From the NCBI RefSeq assembly GCF_004010195.1, contig NC_057724.1, positions 41,086,819 through 41,150,818 of the forward strand: DNA of 64,000 nt. Reading direction: 5' to 3'. The position numbers were made by a program, and so were the translations under genes. Shown piece after piece: positions 13,278 to 27,929 of the stretch. How positions within the stretch are numbered: position 1 is the first letter of the stretch; each line of letters begins with the position of its first letter. The DNA is from Chiloscyllium plagiosum (Eukaryota). The notes beneath the pieces were generated by a model that saw only the letters and a list, made by a program, of their open reading frames with translations, was not told where the DNA came from and did not search any database.

Positions 13278-14499
13278 TTATAGCAAATAATTTCAAGGAT
13301 GGAGGGAAAATCTACTACAGGTCTATCTAAAAACAAGAACTGTACAAGCTTTAATACTGACTAAAGTGTATTAACTGTAAGGGTGAAAGCAGATCAGCAA
13401 ATTTCATACTGGATATGAAATAATATTGCCTTGAATTACTAAACCCTGAAATGGAGTGACATGTATCAAGAAATCAAAAATAAACACTACTAAGCTATGA
13501 ATCAGTCACGAACAAGGCATGCCGACCAACCTGAAGGAAGCAACCAATACAGTGTGCATGTGAAGATCATCAAGTGCAGACACACAGGATATATTGAATA
13601 AACAATTACAAGTTCTGGTCTGCTGGCACTTAATGTCCTGGTCCAATAGAAAGAAGATGTCTGAACATTTGCCAGATCTTACGTGATCATTACTATCATC
13701 AACTAACCAAGACTTGAAGACTCTAGGCTGTAGTTGTGTTACTTCTTCAGTCATTACATTAGTTTCTAAATAAAGATAATCTGTGTGCAAAATACCATGT
13801 CCATGCATTTCTGGTGAGAGAGCTCCCGATCTACAAAGCCCACTCTAGCATCCTAAATGGAAAGTGTCTAAAGTACATGGTAACTATAAACATAACACTG
13901 AACAGACTAGCACAACAACAGTTGTTATTACATTATGCATCAACCTATTGCTTATAATTAATTGTTAGTTCCTTGGATAATTGCAATTTTAGAATATAAT
14001 TAGCATTAATTAAAAATGATCACTGCAATTTTGTCATTACATATATATTCAATAAAAAAAATGTTTTGACCTCCACACAGTACATCCAGATTGATAGACC
14101 TGGTAGGGCATATAGTTTAAGGTATTAATAATGGAAAGATAAATGTTACAAGACAAATAGCATTGCGCTGTAATGAACTCTCCTTCATATAAATTACATG
14201 ACACCTTTAGAACCAAAAGCTTCCAGCTGAGACCCTACTTGTGGTTTTTCTTCCACCGGACCCAAACTACAATATAGCGATGTAATGGGGCCAAAATGTT
14301 GTGGCTCTTTGTTCATCTACTGTTATTTTTGTTGGTTCATGAGCATTGGAAGTATTGGCAATAACAGGCATTTAGGATACCATTGCAACTTCTGTGCAGC
14401 AGCTACCACGAACAGCAGTGCAATAACATTCATCTTTGCATTATGGGCATATCCAGCTGGGACAAAGTCACAAATATGGCAGCGCTCTCAGAGGCATAG

Positions 14500-14880
14500 C
14501 CCCCAACTAAGTGTGCTGGCAGTTTCAGAGGACGGTGCACATTTGCAAGATAGAAACCTGAAGGATGTACTACATAATGAGGTAGTCAGAACTAGATGAC
14601 CACTGGTATGGCGCCTAAGGACTGCTTCAAGGATGCTTGCAAGAGAGACATGAATGCATTGATTGTCACATCTTAGCTGGTCAAAAGAGAGAAATAATGA
14701 CACCACCCAGGGGCACACGTGCATTCCTTGGATGATCAATTATACTGCAGCTTGCTAAAAGGCACCACTGCTGAAAGCAAAAGGCCCCCAACATCATTGG
14801 GCAACTTCATGTGGGGCAGTTGTGGCGGATTCTGCATCTCAAGGACAGCATTCAGCTAAAATGCACCAAGTGGAGCTACC
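14500..14880 (+). mobile_element. Probable RTE-clade LINE 3' fragment, old
   Basis: Decayed R..KD.L..E.....R..G.P...FKD.CKRDM pattern. Confidence 0.45.
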
Positions 14881-15982
14881 TCACCTAAATGGTTTCTTTG
14901 CTGCACATCCATCATCTCTTGCAGATAAAGGAATGCAAGCACACAATGGAGCAGCAAAGTCAGTCATTACTCAGTCAAGAGGAACTTTCAGTGCAGGAGG
15001 GAGGAATGAGAGGAAGAAAACTCATTGATACTAAAGTTAGTAGACTTCAAATAATCTTAAATAAGTTGGCACCATTTGCAAAGCCAACAGTAAGAACAGC
15101 ATGAATAGATGATATGTGTTCTGTTAAGGTGAATAAAGACTTGTAATTTTACCAGGAACATTTCTTGCAGTTTTTTTTTAAACAAAGACAGCTTTTGCTT
15201 ACTTATTAAAACATAAATAAGAAAATTCTGTCAGCATAATGCACCTTTGATGAAAATCGTGATTCAAATCTCAGTTCACCACAATAATAGAGATTAGAAA
15301 ATCTTCACCACCACTTTACATGTTTTTACCTTCACTGTTGTTATCTTCAACCCCCCTCTGTAATTTCCTCCTTGATTGAGTCATGAGGTATATGATTTGG
15401 AAAGGAATGTGAAGATGATGGCATTTTATTTCTCCTGCTGCACCCCTCTTTCTAGATGTTTGAGGTTGTAGTTTTAGGAGGTATATCCAGAGAATCCTTG
15501 GGGACTTGCTGCAGTGCATCCTGAAAATATGATATGTTGCAACACAGCACATAGTGGTGGAGCGGTTAGATTTTATGTTCATGTAGATGCCAAAACTAAT
15601 ATACTGTTTTATTCTGGATGCTATCAAAGCAGTCAAGTCTTATTGCAGGTATTTCCATCCAGGAAAGTGGAAGATATTCCAGTGCACTCCTGATTTACAC
15701 AATATAGATGTTAGGGAGATTTTGGGAAGACAGGAGATGAGCAACTTGTGCAGAATGTCCACCTTCTGACGTGCTCTGGTAACTACTATATTTATGTGCC
15801 TGGCTCAGTTCAGTTTCTGGTCAATGATGAGCCTAGCATGTTGATGGTGAGAGATTCAATGATGGCTTAAGCTGGAAGGAAGAAGCTATAAAAAAAAACT
15901 GAACTTCATTCAGGACAAAGCACTTCACTAAGCTGAATATCCAGTCTCTCCACTATTGAACATTATGGCTGCAATGTGTGAT

Positions 15983-16039
15983 AGCTAGAAGATCCACACT
16001 TACTTAAACAGCTAGAAGATCCACACTTACTTAAACAGC
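15983..16039. repeat. Perfect 27-bp tandem duplication
   Basis: agctagaagatccacacttacttaaac x2. Confidence 0.95.
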
Positions 16040-16982
16040 ATTATTCTGACCTATGGCCTCTACCACCTATATCAAAAGCAATACAACAACAACAGCAGCA
16101 CCTCTACATTCCCCTTCGTTTCACCCCTTATTTGCACATATTTTACTTTCCCTTCACTATTATTAAAACTCGTCAAATTCTACAGTTAGCATCATCATGT
16201 TAATACTGTAGCCATTCAGTTGTGAAATCTTTCACCAATATCTTGCCAAAGATTCGTAAGGGTGCTGCACAAATTCATTATGTTTCACCTCAGCTGTTGC
16301 TAAAAAAAACTGCATTATATCTCAGATGGTACATAAATTGATCCACCAAATTGACTTATATCAACAAGTTCTAAATATATCAGCATAATTGAGGTCTACA
16401 CAAGATATAGAATGAACTAAAGAAACTTTTCCTGCTAACTATTGAAGTAATTAAGAAATAACAATTGCCTATTAACCTTCAAGTCATCAGGGTTAGCTTT
16501 CATGCACTGTTAGAGATGGTCTCTGTCTTACACCTGCGTGTTGTGAATGTTAATTGCCACTTTTCAGGCCTAGACTGGAAATTGTTCTAGACATGCTATT
16601 TGTTGGAAATGCAAATTGAGCTGACAAGATATAGTTATCAGCAAAAAGCCACATTAATAACCGAATAGAAGGTCATTGATGAAGCATTTGAAATTTGTTA
16701 GGCCTAGGGCACTACAGGGGAAGAGCTCCTGCTCCTACAGCTGGGGCAGAAATGATCAACCATTAACTATCTTTCTTAGTGCCTGGTATGATTTCAAGTA
16801 CTACAGTAGTCCCCCAGGCCCTATTTACTTCATTTTTAATATGGTACGACGATATCACGTTTGGTCATATAATGCATTGATATCCAGGGCTATCCACACA
16901 CATCTCAGCTGTAGGATTCAATTTTTCCATTGATGTTTGCATCACAGTTGTAATGAGGGTTTAGTGGAACATGACTAGAACA

Positions 16983-17033
16983 CGAAGGGCCTGTTTCCAC
17001 TCTGTAGGTAATATAATCTAATCTAATCTAATC
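16983..17033 (+). mobile_element. HE1-type 3' tail only
   Basis: cgaagggcctgtttccac..gta + (TAATC)n. Confidence 0.7.
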
Positions 17034-17680
17034 ACTGGTGAACAAGATTCTGATGAATAAGTGCTCCTTAGTAAAGTTGTGTCTTTGAATGTCTTTGCTG
17101 TGAATTGGTAATAAGTCGATGAAGTTACCCCTTATAGCACTGATTTGTATTGCTTTTTATGAGCAGAACATTGACATTTTCCGCATTTTGGAGCTGAAAT
17201 CGCTACAATATAATAAATGCATTGGAACAGTGTAGCTATGTGTGTTACATTGGATCTCAGGTTTTCAGTGTATTGAGTAAAATGTTGGGACTTGTTAATT
17301 CTTTTTTGCCATGGACTTAGTATTCATTGAAATAGCTGAAGATCAGAATCCATCCCAGTGAGAATCTAAGAAATAAAAACATGGGAGCAAGAGTCAGCCA
17401 TTTGGCCCCTTGAACCATTTCCATCTTTTCCAGGAGGCAGCTAAGAAATATCCACTTGAGCACTTTGGGGCAGGTTTATTCTAGGATCACATTGGTAAAT
17501 GACTAGATATAGGCCAGATCAGACATCGGTTCAATCACGTAACCATTCTACTATCCATAGAGTCATGAACTGGTCAGAATTTGATAAAAATTCAATTTTT
17601 AACAAAATGTCCTTCGTCGGTACATTATTACCTTTCTTATATTGATTGAGTACTTTAAGTTAATAGGCAAGCTGCCAACC

Positions 17681-18080
17681 TTGGCTCATTTGTAACACTC
17701 TAGCCTTCAGTCAGAACATCATGGGTTCAAACCTCTCTAGAGACTGAAGTTAATAACCTGAGATTGACACATAGTGGTACAATTGAAGGAGTGCTGTTGT
17801 CAGCATGTACTGCCTTTCAGATGACATGTTGAACCAAGGTCTTGCTTCTGCAGGTGGAGAAAATCCTGTGGCATTATTTGAAGAAGAGTAGGGAAATTCT
17901 TCATCTGTTTTGCTTAGTATTATATTATAAACAACATCAGCAAAGTAGATTATCTGCTTACAAATTTAATTAATGCTTGTATGACATAGCTGTGTGCAGA
18001 TTAGTTGCAATGTTTCCCTATACCACAAAAGCAATGGCTGTAAACTGATTTGTGATGTTCCAAAGCTGTGAAACATGCTA
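17681..18080 (+). mobile_element. Old tRNA-headed DeuSINE-like element
   Basis: A box tggctcatttgtaa, B box gggttcaaacc, then gaaggagtgctg...tgcctttcagatgacatgttgaaccaaggtc resembling the recalled Deu core. Confidence 0.55.
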
Positions 18081-18124
18081 TTAATTATGCAATCTATATT
18101 ATCCAAACTTTCTACTTTTCCAGC

Positions 18125-20895
18125 TTTGAAAGAAGGGTATTTCCTCAATAAACTGAAATTGGCTGAAAGAGGGACTGGACTGGCAGCTGAATGTCCCAGG
18201 ATTTAGAAGTTTCAGGTGAGAGAGAGAAAGAGGTGAAAGGGTTGGGGAAGTTGCTGCACTGGTAAAGGAGTATCTCACAGTTGTACTCAGGGAGGATACA
18301 TCAGAGGACTCGTGCAGCAAGGCAATATGGGTAGATCTCAGGAAGAGGAAAGATGAAATCACAATGTTGCAGGTATACTAAATGCTTTCCAACAGCCAGC
18401 AGGAGATAGAGGAAAGAATATGTTGACAGATTTTGGAAAGATATAAAACAGCAAGGTTGTTGTGGTGGGTGATTTTAACTTCCCCTATATTGACTGGGAC
18501 TCACTACGTGCTAGGGGTTTGGATGGGACAGAATTTGTAAGGACCATTCAAGAAGGGTTCTTGACACAGTATGTAAACTGTCCAACCAGGGAAAGGGTTA
18601 TACTGGACCTGGTTTTGAGAATTGAGCCTGGCCAGGTGAGTGAAGTTTTGGTGGGAGTATATTTTGGGAGTAGTGACCATAATACTGTGAATTTTAAGGT
18701 ACTCATGGATAGGGTTAACAGCATCCTTGGGTGACGATGTTAAACTGGGGGAAGGCAAACTACAAAAATATTAGGCAGGAAATGGACAATTTTGATTGGA
18801 GGTGGCTGTTTGAGGGTAAATTTACATCGCACATCTGGGAATATTTCAAATGGCAGTTGAGAAGAGTTCAGGAGTGGCACCTTCCTGCCAGAAAGAAGAA
18901 TAAGTACAGCAAGTTACATGAATCTTGGATGACCAGAGATGTTATGACCTTGGTCAAAAAGAATAAAGGAAGCATACGTAAGGTCAAGGAGGGTGGGAAC
19001 TGATGAAGCCCTTTAAGTATATAAGGAAAGTAGGAAAAAACTTAAACAAGGAATTAGAAGGGCTAAAAAGGGTCATGAAAAGCCATTAGCAAACAGGATG
19101 AAGGAGAATACCAAGGCTTTGTATACATATATAAAAAGCAAGAGGGAAGCCAAGGAAAGGGTTGGCCCACTCAAGAACAAAACAAGGAGCCTCTGTGTGG
19201 AGCCAGAAAAGGTAGGTGAGCTCCTAAACAAATACCTTGTGTCCGTATTCACCAAAGAGAAGCAATTGGTGGTGGATGATCTTAGAGAAGGGAGTGTCGA
19301 GTTTCTAAGACAAGTTGCTATTAAAAAAGAAGAGGTGTTGTCCATCTTAAAAAAAAATTATGGTTGAGAAGTCCCCAGATCCTGATGGGGATGTATCCCA
19401 AAATATTACGGGAGGCAAAAGAACAAATTGCTGGAGTTTTGACAGACATCGTTGTATGCTCTTTGGCCACAGGTGAGGTCCAGAGGACTGCAGAATAGCC
19501 AATGTTGTCCCACTGTCTAAGAAGGGTAGCAGGAATAATCCTGGAAGTTACTGACCTATGAGTCTTACATCGGTGATAGGGAAATTATTGGAAAAGATCT
19601 ATACCCATTTAGGGACAAGATCTATACCCATTTAGAATCAAATAGGCTTATTAGCCATAGACAGCATGGTTCTGTGTGGGGGAGGGGGTGCCTCACTAAC
19701 TTGATTGAGTTTTTTGAGGTGACAAAGATGATTAATGTGGGAAAAGTAGTTGATGTTACCTATATGGACTTCAGTAAAGCCTTTAAAAAGATCCCTCATG
19801 AAAGACTGGTACAAAAGTTGAAGTCACATGGTATCAGGGGTGAGCTGGCAAGATGGATACGGAACCAACTTAGTCATAGGATACAGAGGATAGAGGTGGA
19901 AGGCTGCTTTTCAGAATGCAGGGTTGTGACTAGTCGTGTTCCATAGGGATCAGTGCTGGGACCTCTGCAGTTTATGACCTGCGTTAATGATTTGGAGGAC
20001 AACGTAGCTGGGCTAATTAGTAAGTTTGCAAACGATACAAAGATTGGAGAAGTTACCGATAGTGAGGAGGATTGTCAGATGATACAGCAGGGTATAGATC
20101 ATTTGGAAGCATGGGTAGAAAAATGACAGAGTTTAATCCAGACAAATGTGAGGTGATGCATTTTGGAAGGTCAAGTACAGGTGGAAATTATACAGTGAAT
20201 GGCAGAACCCTTAGGAGTATTAATATGCAGAGTGATCTTGGTATGCAGGTCCACAGATCACTGAAGGTGGTAGTGCAGTAAAAATAGGCCTATGGCATGC
20301 TTGCCTTCATTAGAAGGGGCATTGAGTATAAGGAATAACAAGTTATGCTGCAGCTGTATAGAACTTTAGTTAGGCCACACTTGGAATATTGCATACAGTT
20401 CTGGTCACCACACTACCGGAAGAATGTGGAGGCTTTGGAGAGGGTATGAAAAAGGTTTACCAAGATGTTGCTTGGTATGGGGGATTTTAGCTATGAAGAA
20501 AGGTTGTATAGACCGGATTTGTTTTCACTGGAACGCAGGAGATTGAGGGGTGACATGATAAACATTTATAAGATTGTGAATGGCATGGATAGAGTGGAAA
20601 GTACTGGCTTTTTCCCAGGATGGAGGGGTCAATTACTAGGGAACACAGATTCAAGGTATTGGGGGAAGGAGTTTAAAAGAGATGCGTGAGGCAAGTTTCT
20701 CACACAAAGGGTGAAGAGAACATGTTGCTAGATAAACTGGTGGAAGCAAATACAATAGCAGCATTCAAGAAGCACCTGGACGAATACGTGAATAAACAAG
20801 GAATAGAGAGATAGGTTTAGTATGGAAGAGCAAAATGTGGTGGTGCAGGCTTGGAAGGCTGAAGGGCCTGTTGTTGTGCTGCATTGTTCTTTATT
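18125..20895 (+). mobile_element. CR1 LINE, nearly whole ORF2 (APE endonuclease + RT), frameshifted
   Basis: VGDFNFP.IDW, PTR...ILDLVL, GSSDHN, CLTNLIEFF, YMDFSKAF, FNPDKCEVMHFGR, FSLERRRLRGD in order. Confidence 0.95.
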
Positions 20896-21174
20896 TGAAA
20901 CATATGCTTCCTGCTTTCTATAATTGAGTAGCTCTTAACCTGATTAATTTAGAAGAAAGTAGTTGGGGATTATATTTGCCTATACTATATAAGATTGGCT
21001 ATGTAGGACTATAAAGATCATGGCATTTGATTAATCAGTTCTGCTCCGTTCACTGACATTATGACCCAGGCCTGAAATGGTGTGGCGAACACTGCACATC
21101 TCAGGTTCCACTTGGGAGATCTGCACCAGTTGGCTTGCTGGCACAAAAGCTGATGTTAGTTAATTGGATGGAAA

Positions 21175-22490
21175 GAACATAAGAACATAAAAAATAAGAA
21201 CATAAAAAATAAGAACAGGAGTAGGCCATCTGGCCGTTCGAGCCCACTCTGTCTTTCAATATGTTTATGGCTGGTCTTTTCATGGCCTCAGCTCCATTTA
21301 CCCACCCTTTCTCCCTAACACCTAATTCCTTTACTGTTCAAAACTGTATCTATATGAGCTTTGAAAACATTTACTGAGGAAGCCTCAACTATTTCACTGG
21401 GCAAGGAAATCCATAGATTCACAACCCTTTGGGTGAAGACGTTCCTTCTCAATCAGTCTTAAATCTGCTCCCCCTAATTTTGAGGCTATGCCCTCTTGTC
21501 CTAGTTTCACCCACCAATGGAAACATCCTCTCTACCTCTATCTTATCTATTCCCTTCATAATTTTATATGTTTCTATAAGATCCCCTTTGTTCTTCTCAA
21601 TTCTAATGAATATAATCCCAGTCTACTCAGTCTCTCCTCATAAACCAAACCCTCAACACCGCAATCAATCTGGTGAACCTCCTCTGCACCCCCTCTAGTG
21701 CCAGTACATCCTTCCTCAAGTAAGGAGACCAGAACTGCTCACAGTACTCCAAGTATTGTCTCATCAGCACCTTACATAGCTGCAATATAACCTCCCTGGT
21801 TTTAAACTCAATCCCTTTATCAATGAAGGACAAAATTCCATTTGCCTTTTTAATGACCTGTTGCACCTGCAGACCAACCTTCTGTGATTCATGCACAAGG
21901 GCACCCAGGTCCCTCTGCACAGCAGTGTGCTGTAATTTTTTACCATGCAAATAACTGTCCTTTTTACTGTTGATCCTATCAAAATGGATGTCTTCACATT
22001 TATTAATATTGTACCCCACCTGCCAGATCTTTGTTCACTCATTTAAAGTACCTATGTCCCACTGCAAAGTTTCACAGTCCTCTGCACACTTAGTCCTACC
22101 TTTCATCTCAATGTCATCTGCAAACTTTGACACACTGCACAAGGTCCCCAAATCCAAATCGTCTATGTAAATTGTGAATAATTGCAGTCCCAACACTGAT
22201 CCCTGAGGCACACATCACTGATCGCCAACCAGAAAAACACTCGTTTATTCCCATGTTTTGCTTCCTGTTAGTTAACCAATCCTCTATCCATGCTAATCCA
22301 TTACCTGTAACATCACGCATCTTTAGCTTATGCAGCAGCCTTTTGTGTGGCACTTTGTCGAATGCCTTTCGGAAATCTAGATACACCATCTACTGGGTCC
22401 ACCATGCTCGTAATGGTTTCATAGAATTCCAATAGATTAGTTAAGCATGACCTGCCCTCAATGAACCAATGCTGCTTCTGTCCAACAGGA
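21175..22490 (-). mobile_element. CR1 LINE 3' part
   Basis: VYLDFRKAFDKVPHKRLL, QRDLG.LVHES, LEYC.QFWSPYLRKD; (TTCTTATG)-like tail. Confidence 0.92.
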
Positions 22491-24127
22491 CATGATTCAT
22501 TTTTGGAGGTGCTTGTTGAACTAGGAATTTCGAGGAGAAATAAGGCCTTTTTATTTCATAATGCCATTGATATCTTGATAACAGGACAGGATTATTCAGC
22601 AATAGTAGCAGATCAAGATATTTTTATGGAACCAGTAGGAACAGAATTTTTTCAGTTGATGAATTCTTCAGTAAGCTGCTACTGAAGAGTTTTAACGGGA
22701 GGTTGGCTTGGAGTTCTCCATTTCTTCATCATTCCTAGTACCAGCAGTGTCATCTCCTTCAATTTACACTATGGCTTCAAAAAAGTGTTACCCTGTGCAA
22801 CAAACCAATATCACATATGACTTGCCTTCTCAGAAAATTCAAAGGATTCAATGAGATGTACCCAAACAGAAGAGAACTCCAACAGCCTACCCAATAAGGA
22901 CTTATGAATTCAAATGTAGTGTTGTTAAGCCTCTGAGCACATTTTAACAGAACAAAATAGTACACAGACCTTTACAGTAATACAATAAAGTAAAATTTGA
23001 CATTATGTTAATTAATTCAATGTTCCAACAGATGACCAAGGCATGTTCAAAGTGATAAGTTTTAAAATGTGAGTATTAAAGGAGGAAACAGTTGTAGAGA
23101 GGTTTGAGAAGTGAATTCAACAGCTCAGGGCCTTGGTTACTGAAGACGTACTGATTAAAATTGGAGATTCTCAAGAGCCCAGAATTAGATGAGCTCAGAT
23201 ATCCTGAAAATGTAGAGGTTGCAGTTAACATAGGTCAAGGGTGATGAGTGAAATAGTGTATCAAACAAATGAAGACATGGACAGCAGAGTTCTGGATATC
23301 CTCAAATTTATAGAAAGCATAATATTGGAGACTTTATTGACAGACAGAGTTGGAACAGTCAAGTCTAAAATAGAGTTGCTCATCTAGAAGCAGCCACCCA
23401 TTCACTTGTCTTGCAGTTACAAAGAGGGATGGAGTGGTTGGAGCAACAGAAAGTGGAGGGTCAGAGACTGAAATGTAGCAGAGGACCACTGCAATAAAAA
23501 AAAATCATGTTTTCCTTCCAAATCCGCATGCAAACGATTCTTATGTCACTCCCGTGATTCTTTCACCTTTGCTCTAAACATCATTTATATGTGATCACTT
23601 GTACATGTAAATTTCTGATTTTAGATCTAAATTTTCTTTTTGCTGATTTGTTCTGTGGCCCTGTGCCAAGCTGTTAATTCATAAAAGATCTTTTATTGTA
23701 TTTCACAGCCTTCATGTCTCCAACACTGACTTTATATGCAGTACTCACTCTCAATTATGCAAATTATCACACATGAGGCAACATCAACCCAAATGGCAAA
23801 AATGCTAAACATTCCTTCATTGAAGCAACATCGCTTGTGAAAGCATGAAAGGAGCAATATAACCTTAGGATCAAGATGGGCTTCATCACACTTGTAACCG
23901 AATCTCATCACACATCTCACCATGGCCCATGCCATTCAGGCCCTTATAATACCTCATCTTTAAAAAGCAATGCAAATGCTGCATAATTGGGTTATTCTAA
24001 AGTAGGATATGAGAAAATAATTGAAATACCCAAATATCCCGGGCCAGCTGTGCACATCCTTTTAGTTGTCTAGTGATAAAAACATTAGTGAGGGAGATTT
24101 CTAACAAAAAATATTATTAACACAAGG

Positions 24128-24570
24128 TCATAGAGCATGGTAACAGACCCTTTGGTCCAACTAATCCATGCTGACCATGTTCCCAAACTAAACTAGTCCC
24201 ATTTGTCTGCTTTTGGTCCATATGCCTCGAACCTTTCCTATTCATGTACGTATCCAAATATCTTTGAAATGTTGTAAGTGTACCTGCATCCACTACTTCC
24301 TATGGCAGTTCATTCCACACACAAACCACTCTGTGTAAAAAGGTCACCCCTCATGTCCTCTTTAAAAACTCCATCCTTCTTACCTTACAAATATGTCCCC
24401 TAGTTTAGAACTGCCACCCCAGAGAAAAGATCCTGGTCATTCACCTCCTCTATGCCCCTCATAATTTTATAAATCTCTATAATGTTATCCCTCAACCTCC
24501 GCCGCTCCACTGAAAAAAGTCCCAGCCTATTTTTCTCTCAAATCCTCCATCCATAGCAACATCCTGGTAG
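24128..24570 (-). mobile_element. CR1 (HER1-like) 3' fragment, diverged
   Basis: Similar to 12830-13277. Confidence 0.8.
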
Positions 24571-24725
24571 TCAATTTTGAAGTGGCACTGTTCATATCAC
24601 TTTGGAAGATGGAACAATCACTCAACAGCTATTGATAATTCACATACTGCATAATCAAATTTTATTTTTATAAAATGGGCAATTAGGATTTGCATTGGGT
24701 GAGTCAATAGTAATCATAGAATGAC

Positions 24726-24776
24726 AATTGGTTAATTATTTGACAGAAACAAATAATTGGTTAATTATTTGACAGA
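24726..24776. repeat. 22-bp direct repeat, 29-bp period
   Basis: aattggttaattatttgacaga x2. Confidence 0.9.
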
Positions 24777-26829
24777 GATCTGGGAAAGAATGGATGTTGA
24801 GTCTAATTATGTGTTCTTCAGAAGACCCAATGCACTGTACTCTTGTACAATTCTCCAAAATGAGTGTATGCAAGGTAGTCTGGTATTGATATCTTTGGTA
24901 TCCATAATAATCAGTTATGTAAACCATCTGCACAGAAGCAGCATATAATGAATGTTTCCACTGGGATTAAGAATGCTTTGAGCTCAAAACAAGAGGTAAT
25001 AGAATCAGTTTGCCTTTGGGAAATTTGGCAAAAAATGTTTGGAACAGTGCTGAGAATATTCAGATCTCAGGATTCTCTACTTTCTCAAATCAGTGTGCAT
25101 TTCACTTGCATCATCAGTAATCTTGTGTTGTCACAGTATCTGCACAAGTGACTGCCTCTCAAAGAGTACACCACAGGTCATTGTTGGCACATACATGAAG
25201 CAAGTCCATCAGGTCAGTCACTAAAGTATCCTGTACAGCTTTTCAAATATACTTGCCGTTGTAGTATTCATTTGTCCAGATGAGTAACTAGTACATTAGA
25301 TCAGATTCAGCAGAAAACAAGGCATGAATTATTTCATTGTTCACTGCAAACAGTAAACAACTAAAACAAACAGCAGTTCTACCAATATATGCACTTAACT
25401 GCTGCATTAAAAGGAAAAAACAAACAATAATCTCTATATGTAGTTACTACTCTGTTTAAACTGAAGGGTTTAGCTGTTGTGTTCTACCGTCTTACATCTG
25501 TTCATCTTGCAGTTCCTTCACAACCACACTCTCACTAGTGCTTACTTGAAATGGCCAAAAAGGGCATCATTGTTTTCTTAAATCAGAGAGTGGCAGTTTA
25601 GTGGGTGTTGGTGAGCTGTCTTCTTGAATTACTACTGTCCGACTGGTGTAGATAAATCACCTAATGCTCTTCAGGAGAGTACCAGGATTTGCTGTGCTGA
25701 TTCTTCTCTACCTTGTCATTCCTCCAATACATTGATTCCAGCTCTATGTATGAGCATGAGCTTAGACTGAGTCAGTACAACAGAGCTGAAGGGTTATCTA
25801 TACATAAGCCAACATGCAAAATCTGAGGTCAAGACAAACAGGAATTTGCATCTGCAACATGCATTTCTGTATGTCAGTCTTGAGACAGCAGCACAATTCA
25901 TGTACTCTTACTTCCATTCTCCTTATTTACAGTTGCACCTGCTAGTATTCTGTAAGCCTTCAGGCTAAAGTGAAACTAGGGAAACCAATGAAAGTTAATA
26001 AGACATGTGGGACTCATTATTATCAAAACAAAGTTAGTCAAGCAATTTATATTTCTAAGTACAGTGAGAAAGCTATTTACATGTCAATGGCCAGGGATTT
26101 ACAATATGCAGAAGCTTTCAAGCACTGCAGTCCCTCAGCAGATTCATCCTTAAGGTATAAATGAGCATGAAACTCAGATAAACTATTCAAGCTGCAGTTA
26201 CTCTCAAGTTTCCAGGAGATTCTGTAATTATATATACAGATAACATATACTGACTGATTTTAGAAGATTATCAGTACATCAATGGAAGTGTAATAGCAGC
26301 AAGGCTACTATGGAACACTGCTCAGGATCTCCCAAGTCCAAATCTCAACCTTACGGAAGAGTTATAGAACTGTTGGGTAGAATTCTGTGGAGGCCTTTCA
26401 TCAGGGTAGAAAACCTCAGGGGATGGAGTCCAGCCTGCCGAGAGCTGAAGAGTTCTATACTCAGCTGTAGATGTTGCCTGTAACACACCACTCAAGGCCT
26501 CAGATTGTGGAGACTCCCAGGTGCTGATAGGAAAAGGAATGCAAGATAGACATTGTGGGGAAGGAGGGTCAACAGTAAGAGAAGATTGGTAGCTCTCATT
26601 GCTTTTTCCATGCTGCATCCATCAATTGGGCATGGAGTTTCATACTCTCTGCATGTCCAGTGCCCCAATAGCTGCTGGGTTAATGTCAGGGATTGGGTTA
26701 AGGCACTTGAATGCGCATTAACTAATTAATTGGCAGTGATGTGGTATGGCCATCCACCAGCCTTCCTATGATATGTTTAATTGTAGTGAAGATAGGAAGG
26801 CAACGTGATCCACATACATGAACTACTAT

Positions 26830-27090
26830 TCATCCTTCAATCAAGTCACCCCTCGGTCTTCCAAATTTCCTTTGAAATAAGACTAGTTTGTTCAACTCAC
26901 TCATTCCAAGTATCAGTCTTAAAAAAAAATCCTCTGTACCACCTCCAACATATTTATATTTCCTTAAATAAGGTGACCAAAACTGTAAACAGCATTTGAA
27001 ATGTGTTCTCAGCAATGCCCTGTGTAACTGAAGCATAACATACTTTCACGTTTAATTCATCTCATAATAAAAGATAGCATCCCATTAGAC
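26830..27090 (-). mobile_element. Short CR1 RT fragment
   Basis: MLQLHRALLRTH..CC.QFWSPYLRK ... RGDLIE. Confidence 0.75.
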
Positions 27091-27929
27091 TTACGATAAT
27101 GATTATACTCCATTTCACAATGAATGATGGTTTATTACAGCATTTATCTTCACTGCAGAACATGAGGAAAATATCTGGTGTGTTCTGAAAATCATAGTAT
27201 GACAACCTCACTAAATATGCCTGCCTTTCAGGAGAGTGTAATTCTCAGGGAATAATAACAATCTTGAGTGGTCCAAAACTAATCTAACACAACAGGGTCA
27301 ACAGTGTCATGTCCTCCACTTTTCGGGCCAGCCACACAGTATTTGTCCAATGTTACATTTTCCAAAACCTCTTCTCATCTCAATCTTGTCTCAGCCAGTA
27401 AAAGGTGCTTTTTCATACAACCCTGGAGGTTACATATTCACTTTTTTCCCTACAGCAAGGCCACCTGCTGTTGCTTACTACTTCACTTTCGCAACACAAG
27501 GTGAAAATCCCATTATTCAAGCAAACTGCTCACACAAATGGCAGCCCAGCACTTACACTGGAATACTGAAAAGATGCTCCACTCTGATTCATTCAATAGC
27601 CCAGTACTCAGCAATAGAAGATTATAACCACAGGTACAACAAATCTATTGGGCAAATTGAAAACCTCTCCAAAATGTAGTCAGATTAGTAGTTACCAAAA
27701 TCTTCACATCCTTTAAAGTGACAATCTTCTAATAAAGGATCATCTCAAATTAGTTTGGAACAATCCACCAGATGTGAAACCATTCAGGAGGAATTCATTT
27801 TTATAATTATCAACCCAATCACACAAATTAGATATCATCTGTATGCCATTAATGGCAGAATACATCTTTCAACTGCATTGCGTTTTCAAACAGCTCTGTG
27901 ATTAAAATCAAAGACCTGAGTCTTTGAAT

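Noticed and set aside
15330-15390. Possible A2 exon (…RGVEDNNSE G|gtaaaa)
   Set aside because: No AG acceptor at the 60-nt position, poor similarity to A2, and adjacent to a decayed LINE.
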